Positions 1 through 11,722 of a stretch of 58,849 nt of DNA are shown one piece after another. Source of the DNA: Octopus bimaculoides. Its lineage: Eukaryota. Numbering within the stretch: the stretch's first letter is position 1; each line of letters begins with the position of its first letter. The position numbers were made by a program, and so were the translations under genes. The notes under the pieces were generated by a model. That model saw nothing but the letters and a program-made list of their open reading frames with translations, did not search any database and was not told where the DNA came from. The DNA is taken from assembly GCF_001194135.2 (NCBI RefSeq), contig NC_068982.1, positions 110,291,842 through 110,350,690 on the forward strand, in the 5' to 3' direction.

Positions 1-101
1 GGGGGGGGTTAATGTCACAGCCTATCATATAGCTATTAACATCTTTGAAACGTGTCCCCCAGTTCGTTTGTGTAATGTCATGCATAGTTTGTGTATTGCA
101 G

Positions 102-360
102 GAAAATTCTGTCCAATTCTTCGTTGGCAGTGGGGAACAAGTTGAACTTGTCAACTGCGCAGCCCAACACGCCAAAATATGTGACTGCTGCTGTTTCTGC
201 TGCTGCTTCTGCTGCTTCTGCTGCTGTATCTACTGCTGCTATTGCAGCGCACAATTCGTCAATTAATATTGAACCTACGGTCACTATAACTACTACTAAG
301 ACAACTAATTTTTCCACTACATCTGCTGCTACAACAAGCTTTCAAAGGCATTTCAGAAAG
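102..360 (+). CDS. Possible internal or terminal coding exon (Ala/Ser/Thr-rich, low complexity) of a gene starting upstream of the window
   Basis: Open frame KILSNSS...AAVSAAASAASAA...FQRHFRK. It is preceded by the acceptor-like ttgtgtattgcag (AG at 100-101) and followed by AAG|gtataa, or by an in-frame stop at 364-366. No recognisable domain; it could simply be a (GCT)n repeat. Confidence 0.25.
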
Positions 361-527
361 GTATAACATTTACCATAAGATTTTTTTTTATATATATACA
401 AGTCGCCATATTTTTTGTAAACTCTCCTTGTAATATCACCTCGTTCGTCATCCTTGTGGCAATAATAAAAGTTCATCATCATCCTCATCATCATCCCCAC
501 CGCCACCTCTACCACTGCCTCCATTTA

Positions 528-720
528 GGCAGCAGGTTAGCCGAATTTTAACGAATCGGACAAAGTATTTAGCGGCATTTCTTCTGGTACTTTACTTTCT
601 GAGTTCAAATTCCACCGAGATTGACTTTACCTTTCATCTTTTCAGGGTCAACAAAATAAGCACTAGTTGAGCACAGTGGTCAATGTAATACCCCACTCCC
701 AAAAATTTCTGGCCTTATGT
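528..720 (+). mobile_element. Degenerate SINE, family A (ggcggcgagctggcagaa...ttctgagttcaaattcc... type)
   Basis: Shares the ttctgagttcaaattccaccgaga..gactt..cctttcatc core with the copies at 27587-28028 and 31535-31662. Confidence 0.6.
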
Positions 721-779
721 CAAAATTTGAATCCATCATCATCATTCATCATCATATCACAATCCCGAAGCTGAGATGG

Positions 780-900
780 TCGACACCGTTCTGAAGAAAT
801 ACAAGGCGGTGACAGGAGCAAAAATCAATCCAGACAGCAGGCTTACAACTCGGCACCTGGAGAGGCAAGTACATGCTGTCGTATGGACGCTGGGCCGATG
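780..900 (+). mobile_element. Short Tx1/L1-like reverse transcriptase fragment
   Basis: Translates as EMVDTVLKKYKAVTGAKINPDS, resembling EAVRGAKINQENS of the larger element near 5090-5130. Confidence 0.5.
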
Positions 901-979
901 GACTTTGTTTTGCTACGACTTCATTATAAACCAGAGCTAGTCAAGAGATAACAAGTAAGATAGTCAGTCTTATCCAGAA

Positions 980-2140
980 ATGGGCCAAGAAGAAGCTATT
1001 CCTGAAAAATTACCTCGTTTCCATTATAGTTTATCGTCTGTCCAGTGTGCTGTGCCCCAATTTCCACTTGACCAGATTGGAAAGCTCTTCAGCTCTTTCG
1101 TTCTGTTGGTCAAAGACGTCATCAACAGCAGACATCTCGTCATCATCATTGCGATAGTGGTTCCCAGTCAAGTGTTTTTCATGTTGTGGAACAGATTAAA
1201 ACCAGATGGGATCAAATCAGGAGAATGAGAAGAGTGATCAACTGGTTCAAAGCCACAATCATACACAGCAGCCATTGAAACCAACGACTTGTCTGCTGGA
1301 GCACTTTCCTGAAGAAACACGACCCCTTTCATCGATTTTCCTGGGTGTTTTGTCTTGATAGCCTTTCGTAACTGCCTCGGCAAGTTGGCGTAGTACTCTC
1401 CATTGATGGTGTTGCCCTTTTCAAAGTTCTTTGGAGCAGGTGAGAAGGAGTGTTTCCACTGCATGGATTGTTGCTTTGACTCTGGTTCAAAGTGATGAAC
1501 CCAACACTCATCCTGGGTTAGAAAACGTTCAAGGAAACCAGATGGATCTGCCACAAACAATGTCAGACTTTTACGTGGTGTGATCAGCCTGGTGTGCTTA
1601 TGATCAGCTGTGAGCAGAAATCTTCACCAATATTAATTCATTGGGAAGAATATTCTCAACTCTCTCGCGGGATATGCTAATAGGATTGGTTATTTGGCTT
1701 ATAGTCAAACGCTTGTCATCCATCACCATGTGACGAACACGATCAATGTTTTTCTCGGTGTTGATAGTTGCTAGGTGTTCAGAAGGGTCATGGTCAAGAC
1801 TCACGATTCCCCTCTTAAATTCAGCTGCCCACTTTTACACAGTTGATAAAGCTGAAGCATCATCCCCTAACGTAGCAAGCATATCAGCATGAATATTGTT
1901 GGAGGCTTGACCCTTTTTCTGCAGGTACTTGATAACACCACGATGCCAAATTTTGTTCATTTTCAAGAGAAGTCGCTACTAATTACTTTTTTGAAGTCTT
2001 CTTTGAACAGTCAGAATTCAGTTTACCTGGAAATAATGCACTCATTATTAAGAAATGTTGAAATTAATGCATGCAAGATTTCACAGCTCCAGCATCACTT
2101 CTTCATAGTCAGCCTGTGAACTTTTCAGCCCACCTTCATA
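980..2140 (-). mobile_element. Decayed mariner (Tc1/mariner, DD34D type) DNA transposon, copy 1
   Basis: Minus-strand ORFs 1168-1560 (TQDECWVHH, QESAPAD, HSPDLIPSGF = degenerate TGDETW / HDNARPH / YSPDLAPSDF motifs) and 1604-1804 (HTH region). Right TIR catagtcagcctgtgaacttttcagcccaccttca ends at 2138 and is followed by TA. The left TIR is not recognisable. Confidence 0.85.
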
Positions 2141-2330
2141 CAGCAGCAGCACCAACGGCAGCATGCAGTCACAACAGCAACAATGGCAGCAACTGCAACA
2201 ATAAAACAAGCAGCAGCGAAAGTAGTAGTAACAACCAAACAGCAGCAGCAGCGGCCACGACAACAACAATAACAGAACCAACAGAAACAGTGGCGTCAAT
2301 AGCAACAAAAACAACTAAATGAACACAGTC
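2141..2330. repeat. Imperfect (CAG)n/(CAA)n trinucleotide low-complexity tract
   Basis: Direct reading; it explains several spurious poly-Leu/Val/Thr ORFs. Confidence 0.85.
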
Positions 2331-2989
2331 CTCAAGAACCATCACATCCCCAACCGAAACAGTAACTGGAAGCCCACAAACATTAACAAAACAAAAAGAT
2401 AATGGCTCCCTAACATATGCTACTCCTCGCTTAGAACCACTCAGATATGTCTTGTGAAGAAGGTAACGGAGCAAATAGCAACAGGTAACAAAAAAGAAAA
2501 AAGAGAAAAGTGAAAACTCATGCCAACGCAAAAAAGTGGGTTGCAAACACATGGAAGAAACACCAATGCAACCAACACCATCATCAGTATACTACCATCA
2601 TTCATTTCAACCTCACACAGAGACAACCGTCATCACAAACGCCAGCAAAACCCTGTGGACATACAAACCAAGGACAACTGCTAAGAAGCATTATGAATTA
2701 CAGTGCCGTAAATGCAAAAAGCATTGAGTTAATAAAACACATACATCAACATTACTCAGAATGATTTCATCTCACCAACAAATAGCTCGCCAACATCCAA
2801 ATCGCTCAAAACATATACAACACCATGAAAAACAAATACCCCGATGGTGGTATACGAGACTTCGGAGGGATTATAATAATGGATTTTACAAAGCACTGAT
2901 TGTGGAAACACCTACAACCAACCGGAGGGACGAAACACCTGTCCCTCTATAGGATTAAAGTAAGGGATTCTTTTTCACTTTCCTCCTTC

Positions 2990-5900
2990 TGTTAGACATG
3001 GCTTTGCTCAGAATAAGCAGCGTAAATGCTTGTGACCTAGGGTCAACTTGGAAGCATCTGCTCAATGGCGTCAGGTCACTAGATATAGATATAATGCTCA
3101 TCAGGAAGATCAGAGCTTCCGATCCCCGAGATCCCTTGTTCATTTTCGGTTGCTACGGTAGTGGGGGGTACAACAGGATTTCTTCAGGCGTATGGAGGTT
3201 TTCCAAGAAACGTCCCGCTCTTTAGTAATAATGATATACTAGGATGCCATCTTGAATACATGTTTAGATTTTGTGGGGATAGCCTATAGGATACAGTAGC
3301 AGAAGTACTGCAAACCTGCTCAGTCATTTCCAAATTATTGACATGTACCGACTATATTTCCCAAATGTACAAATGCGGACATGGACAAGCCGCATCGGAT
3401 CCTCCAGATCCCATCTAGATAGTGTATTCTGTGGCAAATAGATAAGGATAGCATAGGTTCTCCACATTTTAAAATGGCCGATTACACAGATCACATATTT
3501 GTGATCTGTGCGATCAGCCTAGATAGGCTTCGTAGGCAGGGACTTGATTACTGGAAGCTGAACGCGTCTTTCCCAGCACGCCAAGCTTACGGAAGCCAAA
3601 TTAACGACTTAGTTAATCGGGCGCTGACGGAGGAAATCGTCAACAAGAAATGTGGCTCACCCCGTAAAAGGCGATTAGATTAGAATCAATAAAGTAATTA
3701 AGTCGTAGCGATAGGGTAAAATAGAATAGAAGAGTTAGTTTGGAGGCACTTAGGAAAGACATCGCGACCGTCGTGCTCACAGCGAGACTGATCTTCAACC
3801 AATTCTTCAGCATGAAGTGTGACGGTTACGTTGTCAGAACTAAGGTGCATGCGCTAAGACACGAAGAAACGAGAGCTGTTCGTTGAGCCCGACTAGCTGA
3901 GGATAGTATAGGTTCTCTACATTTTAAAATCGCCGGCTACACAGATCACATATTTGTGATCTGTGCGATCAGCCTAGACAGGCTTCGTAGGCAGGGACTC
4001 GATTATTGGAAGTTGAACGCGTCGTTCCCGGCACGCCAAGTTTACGGAAGCCGAATTAGCGACTTAGTTAATCGGGCGTTGACGGAGGCAATCGTCAACA
4101 AGAAATGTGGCTCGTCCCGTAAAAGGCGATTAGATTAGAATCAATAAAGTTTATTAAGTCGTAGCGATAGAGAAAAATAGAATAGAAGAGTTAGTTTGGA
4201 GGCACTTTGGTGGGCCGTAATAGACGTATATTACTCGACCCGAAGCAGGCATGTACAGCTTTTCAGTAGCACTTCGACTGACTGTTCGTGGTGAATGGTG
4301 GGACGGAACTTAGATTGGTTGCACTGCCTACCTCGACGGACTGCCGCGTCCCTCAGCAAGAGAGGTGAGGTGTTACGAAAAATCCATAACAGCCACGGAA
4401 ATACGGGAATCGATAGTTGGAAAAACGGCGTGTTTGGCTGGTCTGCCCTACGTGTTTTACTTTTGAATGCCAGATTTGTTTCAAGACCTCTTGCTAAACA
4501 CCTACTACAATTGACAGCAGATCAGGAAAATTCCAAGTTCCGTGAGTCGAAGAGCAGTGGCGTTGTTGAGAAAGGACCCAAGCAAGGGGGATCACAATGA
4601 TAATCTTAACTGGTGATGCGCAAACATGCACATCCCGTACATATGTCTACGATAACCGCCAGCTCACGCAGGACACCACAGAGAGGGTTGGTAACGAGCC
4701 TGTTATGGGTGTGGTCCTGATCAAATTATATCAATCAAAACTGTTGATCGGGTCGACTACGAATACTTGGTGTCTCTTCTCACGGCATTCGGTTTCGGTC
4801 TCGTTTTCCGCAGTTGTGTCGCTGCAATGTACAGCGACATCTGCTTGGTGGTGAGGGTGATTGGCCACTTATTGAAAGCATTCAGTATCATGCGTTTGGT
4901 CCCCCAAATTTGTCCTTTCTCGTCACTTTACGTACTGACTCATGAATTACTACTCGTGAAACTAAAGACGTCGAGCAACATCCAGCGCGAACTAGGGTGT
5001 GGAAGAACCATGTCAGCACACATGGACGACATCATCACCTTTCTGTCGGACACCAAGTACATCGAGGCGAACGGCACTGCATTAAGGGTTAACGAGGCAG
5101 TGAGAGGAGCAAAAATTAACCAGGAAAATTCAGTGTGCCTGCTGCTCAGCACCTGGATAGGCAAGTCCATGCCGTCCAACAGCTTCGAAGAGCATTGGAC
5201 AGATGATCAAATGGAGAATAACTGAGACGAGGTGACAATCAGAATGGCGAATCTCACCTAGAGATGAGCCGAGAGAAAGCTATCCCTAAAATGTCGGGCA
5301 GAAATGATCACTGAAGGATCAGGTAGATGTGGCAAACGCTTACATCTTCATTTTATATCATCACCTGACCATTGTGCGTCTCACTGGACTGGGTCGCCAG
5401 GTCTTCCACTTTCTGAGGAAGGGACACATTCACTAATCAGATGCTCCATTTTTTGTCAATATCCGTAGATGATAGTGTGTAGGCATGCGCTAAGACTGCT
5501 ACATTTTCAGAGTTTCCTTGACGGTGAGTAAATATGATCACCGTTTGCCTAACTCGCTTTTCCACAGCTTGTATTTTGACAGGACTGGATCAAGCCTAGA
5601 CCGAGGCAGAACACCTGGGATCTTGAATATTGTCAGGCGATTACAGCCTTCTGCCAATTGACCAATGCGGTTGTTGTAGGTTTCACTTAAGCATTCTATG
5701 GAAGATTAGTGACAGATAAGAGCGACGAGGTACTCAGTAAAATCTGGACGCCGACGAAAATATACCGGTCTGTTTCGGAAGACTTTTAGACCGTGACTCA
5801 TGGATAATTTCCAGAAATCTATAGCCTGGCTGTGCTACTGAGGAAGTGGGATGCATTGCTGGTTCGAGACAAAATGACAGTGTCGTCAGCCGGCCTGTCC

Positions 5901-6410
5901 GAGATGCGTGCAAAGTGACGAAACTGTTCTGAACGCACCTATCCAGTGCCCGAGCATTGCTGACTTGTGAAGTTCTGTCGAACATCTGATTTCGCGTCTA
6001 GGATAGATCCGACTATCTACTAAGTTCACTGTGAAGATCGCCTTGCCGCTTTCCTTTGGCTGGGAAGGGCAGGCAATCTTGTCTGGCGGTCTTAATGAAG
6101 GAGTTTGTGTAGTGGACTGGATGAAAAAGGCTAAAGACAGGCACTTTCCTATTAGCAAAGCTCTCATCAATTTTTTCAAGTTTCACTTGAAAAGAAAAGA
6201 GTGAGTGAAGAGTGAGGTGCTATCTTTCAGCAAATTTGTTGAGAGGTGAATGAGAGTGGCAAGGTTGATCCGAGCTCATAGGCTTGCTCTGAACATGCGC
6301 CTGTGGAGTGAGGTAGGAGGTTAAGGAGAGAGTACTTGCCTTAGTGTGACTGGTTTTGTGAGAGTTTCCACGAACAGTCCTCGGAAGTCTCCATCTTTAC
6401 ACTCTTTTGG
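2990..6410 (+). mobile_element. Decayed L1-clade (Tx1-like) non-LTR retrotransposon ORF2: APE endonuclease, RT and C-terminus
   Basis: LRISSVNACDL...LDIDIMLIRKI (APE N-terminus, 2998-3225); DHIFV...GLDYWKLNASF (APE C-terminus); AFGFG...RLVPQICPFSSLYVLTHELLL...HMDD...GAKINQENS (RT motifs, 4767-5225); INFFKFHLKRK...FSKFVER (C-terminus near 6165-6250). Many stops and frameshifts. Confidence 0.85.
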
Positions 6411-6490
6411 GAAATTATTTCTTGTTTGAAACTTTTTAGTTCTTTTCTGTTATTTTACTGTCTATACTTTTATGTAACCCTAAATTGCAT

Positions 6491-6540
6491 TGTACCGTCC
6501 TGTACCGTCCTGTACCGTCCTGTACCGTCCTGTACCGTCC
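6491..6540 (+). repeat. Five perfect copies of the 10-mer TGTACCGTCC
   Basis: Direct reading; no spacers between copies. Confidence 0.95.
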
Positions 6541-6689
6541 TCCATCTTTTCGTANNNNNNNNNNAAGAAATCATCATCATCGTTGTCGTCGTCGTCGTCG
6601 CTGTTGTAAACTTTTTAATTAAGGAAAGTATTTTTACACTTAGAATGCATAGATTTGTATTGGAACGATACTCGTATTAAATTGTACAA

Positions 6690-6701
6690 TGTGTGTGTGT
6701 G

Positions 6702-6748
<47 letters not shown>
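6690..6748. repeat. (GT)n(GA)n compound microsatellite
   Basis: Direct reading. Confidence 0.95.
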
Positions 6749-6752
<4 letters not shown>

Positions 6753-7170
6753 AGACGGAGAGGAAGTAGAGGAGGTATTAATCTACATTAACAGCTGTTC
6801 CCCTTAAGGATCGTATGAAAAAAAAGACGTCATTATTCTCTGGCCTTGTTTTCATCAAAGTATATTGCTGGGATAGGGACAGTCAGGAAATATGCTTGTC
6901 CCTACATAAAGTTATAGACAATTAGCAGGGTCCGGTATTTGTGGCTCACTTGAAGACTTCAGTTCCACAAGGATCTAATTACTGTTTTATTTTCATTCTG
7001 ATATGTCTGCGTACTAGTATATCTACTAAACAACACAAAATAAAATATTAGGTCATTAAAAAATTAACACATAAAGATACATACGCACATACATACGTGC
7101 ATACATACACATATATATGTGCGCGCACACACACACAAGGTGAGACACACATAAGAAAGAAGGAAACAAA

Positions 7171-7215
7171 GGACCACTGATGAGGTCACAGAAGTGTGAC
7201 GAAAGAACTCTGGCC
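7171..7215 (+). ncRNA. Type-I minimal hammerhead ribozyme-like motif, copy 1 (Penelope/retrozyme type)
   Basis: GGACCA-CTGATGA-G-GTCACA(GAAG)TGTGAC-GAAA-GAAC-TC-TGGCC. It contains the core CUGAUGA (7177-7183), a perfect 6-bp stem II, GAAA (7201-7204), UH cleavage site after C7210, and stem I GG[A]CCA/TGGCC. Confidence 0.6.
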
Positions 7216-8882
7216 GAAATAAGATTAAGATTAATGTAATATAAAGCTGAAGCAAATTAACACCAAATATACAGTGCGTGTGTTTTAATTGGCTAAACTG
7301 GCAATATGACCATCCCCAAGTAAAACAATATATATNNNNNNNNNNNNNNNNNNNNNNNNNNNNNNNNNNNNNNNNNNNNNNNNNNNNNNNNNNNNNNNNN
7401 NNNNNNNNNNATATATATATATATATATATATATACATCCACAAACACACATATACTTAAATACGTATGTATGTATGTATGTATGTATGTGATCTCTTTT
7501 TCTTTTTAATTTTAAGGTAAATTTTAACGGGCCACCTACTTGGTAGCAAGGCTGTGAAGGAAAGTATCTTGTTTTAACTATCATCCTTTAAATCTTAAGA
7601 AGTTCTTACAGATTTTTAAAGTTCCGGGTATCGTGATCATTTGTAGCGTACGGATTAAGGATTTCGATCCTCTCCCCAAGATGCCAAGTTCAGCCCAGTG
7701 TTACGGGTAACATGTAACCCAGTACAGCATGGTCGGGCCCTTGGTGACTACACCGTTAACCCACCAAGCCTGCTTGGTAAGATGGTTTTCGTCGGACGAT
7801 AAACAAGGCCTGTCGAAGGGTGAATGAACTCAGTAGTCCACAGCCATCCAACTGCTGGGAGTGGAAGACCACTACTCTAGTCTTTGATTACGCATTTTTC
7901 TAAGAAAAGGGAAAATGTATCACCTACGACTTCCTTTGCATCCAATGCTGTAGACTAGTTCTTTAGAGGTTAATGTATCTGTTGTTTAGAGAAAGGTATG
8001 CGTCCTTTCAAAGATTTGGACACAGGCATTGCTTGATTATTGCCATCTCTATTATGTTTTACATACTTTGGCTATCCGTAATCGCAAAATGGTAAAACAC
8101 TCGATAAAAAAGTTCATGAGGGAATGAGACATGTGTCAGCTTGGCCTGAAATCCTTGTTTACTGTGCCTCACCATAGCCACAGTCTAATTATACTCACCC
8201 GTAAAAGAATAAACCAATGACAGAAACCTTTAAAATTATACAACAGACGGACAGATGTTCCAACACCATTTCCAACTCTTTACCTCTTGTCCAATCAACA
8301 TGTTACAAAGTAATTACAAAGTATTAAATCATAGTTTTGTATTTTTCAGAAACCGACGGCGATCCATTACCGACCTTCAAAATGGGCGTATTTAGTGAGA
8401 CGAATTGGGCCGAAGGAAGATCTAAACTAGAAGTGTACTGACCCACACTCAATATTTCTGATATGACTTTTGACTTCATCTACTATACATTCTTCAGTAA
8501 CCGTATATAAATAATGGACTATATACCGTCATATATCATATATATTCGTATATTATATTCATATCAATATTTATACATATAGCGACATTTTGCCAGTAGA
8601 GAAATTTCAGTATTTATACATACATAATGGCATCTGCGTAGAGAAAGAAGCAAAATCTTGACCACCCAAGATTACATTACATTGTAATTTCGTTTCTTAT
8701 TTGAACCAATCCTGCTGTTAAATCAACTGAAAATATCATCCATATATATATATATATATATATATACATACATACATATACACTCATGCTTTGGATTCTA
8801 CCTTCCTGCTGGCTTCACCAAACCTATACATACATACATACATACATACATGCATGCATAGATATATAGATAGATAGATACA

Positions 8883-8915
<33 letters not shown>

Positions 8916-9725
8916 GTATATATATATATATATATATNNNNNNNNNNNNNNNNNNNNNNNNNNNNNNNNNNNNNNNNNNNNNNNNNNNNNNNNNNNNNNN
9001 NNNNNNNNNNNNNNNNNNNNNNNNNNNNNNNNNNNNNNNNNNNNNNNNNNNNNNNNNNNNNNNNNNNNNNNNNNNNNNNNNNNNNNNNNNNNNNNNNNNN
9101 NNNNNNNNNNNNNNNNNNNNNNNNNNNNNNNNNNNNNNNNNNNNNNNNNNNNNNNNNNNNNNNNNNNNNNNNNNNNNNNNNNNNNNNNNNNNNNNNNNNN
9201 NNNNNNNNNNNNNNNNNNNNNNNNNNNNNNNNNNNNNNNNNNNNNNNNNNNNNNNNNNNNNNNNNNNNNNNNNNNNNNNNNNNNNNNNNNNNNNNNNNNN
9301 NNNNNNNNNNNNNNNNNNNNNNNNNNNNNNNNNNNNNNNNNNNNNNNNNNNNNNNNNNNNNNNNNNNNNNNNNNNNNNNNNNNNNNNNNNNNNNNNNNNN
9401 NNNNNNNNNNNNNNNNNNNNNNNNNNNNNNNNNNNNNNNNNNNNNNNNNNNNNNNNNNNNNNNNNNNNNNNNNNNNNNNNNNNNNNNNNNNNNNNNNNNN
9501 NNNNNNNNNNNNNNNNNNNNNNNNNNNNNNNNNNNNGTGTGTGCGTGCGTTCGTGTGTGTATATTTGTACGTATGTGTGTGTGTACATATATGTGTGTGT
9601 GTACATATATGTATATTTATGTACTTATATGCTCACACACACATAAACACACGCATACGCACGCGCGCACATTATCCTAGTACTCATTAGTAAAGAGAGA
9701 CACAAAAAAGAAAGAAGAAAGCCAA

Positions 9726-9770
9726 GGACTGCTGATGAGGTCACAGAAGTGTGACGAAAGAACTCTGGCC
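9726..9770 (+). ncRNA. Type-I minimal hammerhead ribozyme-like motif, copy 2
   Basis: GGACTG-CTGATGA-G-GTCACA(GAAG)TGTGAC-GAAA-GAAC-TC-TGGCC. The core and stem II are identical to copy 1; stem I has two G-U wobbles; predicted cleavage after C9765. Confidence 0.55.
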
Positions 9771-11431
9771 GAAATACAATTAACATAAAAGAAAGCTGCT
9801 GAAGCAAGTGAACACCAAATATATAGTGCGTGTGTTTTTATTGGCTAAACTGGCAACATGACCATCCCCAAATACAACAATATCTGTTTCAACACACGAA
9901 TTCACATCAAGAATCTTGCAAAACGAATATATAAACGTATATAAACGTATATATATATATAATTAATATAAACAGTAGTTTGCAATGTTTCACCAAAAAA
10001 GAGAAGTACAAATGCCAATAAATGTGACTAGGGTATTGGGAAACACCTACATTGTAAGAACTGAGAGCTAAATCGCTCTCTCTCTCTATATATATATATA
10101 AAATACACACACATAGACATGGTCAAATAAATGTGTCCACGTGATTGACGCTGTATGAAATAATTGAAAATTTTTAGCAATAAATTATCATTTAATTAGT
10201 TACTATGATGTGTTATTTATTTGATAATCCGGCGTTATTTTCATTGCTGTATTTCAACCAATAACTTGTGGATATGCTGTGGAATTAGGCCCCTGCAATC
10301 TTCTGTTTTACTCTTTTCCTTTTAGCCTGGAGCAAGAGACTCTATTTATGGCCTTCGCGGGCCTTCTGATGTTCTGAGAAGGAAGGGACCTAATGGGTAG
10401 TGCAATTCTTGGTGGTGCTGGTGGGCTGGGAACATTATGGTGACGAGATGAGAAGGAACAAGTTTATCAGATGTGCCTGAATTGCAGTAACTCGAGAGTA
10501 GCTAGCTGCGAGGAGTGGAGGTCATTATAGCAGTGAGAGAAAAGAGAGGAAGAGGTTCGAGTGACTGTGGTAGCAACTTCATGCCAATTCGCCGAATGGC
10601 CTTTCTTTGGATATGGCTTTTCTAGGACGTCTGCACACATAGCAGCAGCTCCAGCCAAGATGTGGCGGCAATTATTCGTATGGTTTTCAACTGAGCTTTG
10701 AAAGGTATTAATAGTTGCTAGTAGCTGAAATATTTTCTGAATTTGAAGATGAAAATCAATCTGCGTGAATGTACATACCATGCAACTCGTTGGGAAGTAA
10801 AAACGTTTAACAAAATACACTTTTACATTTTCCTTACGAACAGCTATTTCTTCATTAAGACACACTACCATCACTGCAAAACTAATTTCTGTTCACATAA
10901 ACGGTTCTTTCCTTTTAATTTACAACCATCTATAAAAATTAATTATTTAAATATCTATGAAAAGTGATCACTATTAAATTAATACTCGTGTTAACGTTCC
11001 TATATCCCATATAAGGTTAGAGTCTATGTGGTTTCTCTAAAAATATACCGAAACACTTGCAATAATTAAAAGTAATGTGGACAACAGGAATTTCTGCGTT
11101 GTAATTACCTGGTTCCGTGTCCATTCCCACTGCGTAACTCTTTTGACATGCATTCTCTCCCAGAGTTTCGGATCGACTAATATATGTTAGTAATTTGGTA
11201 AATGGAAACTGTATAAAAGCCCGTTGGCGGGGCACTGTTCCTACTCTTGAGTGATAGACTTAACTCACTGCCTGCTTTAATACCACCACCACCACCGGGA
11301 TGTCTTTACCGGAATACACTCTCTCACAAACGTTCGGCTGAGGTCAACGCTCTGAGACTAGATTCCGCCTCTCTTCGGACGATACTTCAGACAGAAATAA
11401 GCAGAAGCTTATATCTCCTCTCGGTGAAGTA

Positions 11432-11722
11432 TTGCTTGATCTTTGTAAGTTGCCGAATTTCACAGATAATGACATTTATAATTACCTCGTGCTACGAATG
11501 AAAGCAAAGCAACAGTTAAGGAGTGGCATATTTTACCACGACAGATACGTACACAGCATCGAATACCACGATGTGAGTGAAAGCTGCTCTCATTGTATTG
11601 TCCGGTGTCTGGTAATCCCTTCAATACCGACATCAAACCAAAAAAAGAATCCTGACCACAGAGTGTGGGTAATTATGTCAAAGGTCACTGGCAATGTGCA
11701 TTCAGCTGATTGCAACTGTTAA
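11432..11722 (+). pseudogene. Truncated accessory-gene fragment of a DNA transposon (region upstream of a SWIM finger, of the kind paired with YqaJ/lambda-exonuclease in Kolobok or ISL2EU/Harbinger elements)
   Basis: LPNFTDNDIYNYLV ... CIVRCLVIPS ... VWVIMSKVTGNVHSADCNC* resembles, from memory, the LPxFTxxDIYNYL...WV...G.V..AHCxC pattern. It stops at the CxC half of the SWIM motif. Confidence 0.5.

Noticed and set aside
2071-2764. Poly-Leu, poly-Thr and Gln/His-rich ORFs
   Set aside because: They are translations of CAA/CAG low-complexity DNA with no domain evidence.
6491-6540. Regular repeats suggestive of a CRISPR array
   Set aside because: The copies are contiguous 10-mers without spacers, there are no cas genes, and the context is eukaryotic.
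8824-9690. Long ORFs full of X (also 16340-16848, 28957-29751, 36993-37559, 41680-42459)
   Set aside because: They run through assembly N-gaps and microsatellites and are not real coding sequence.
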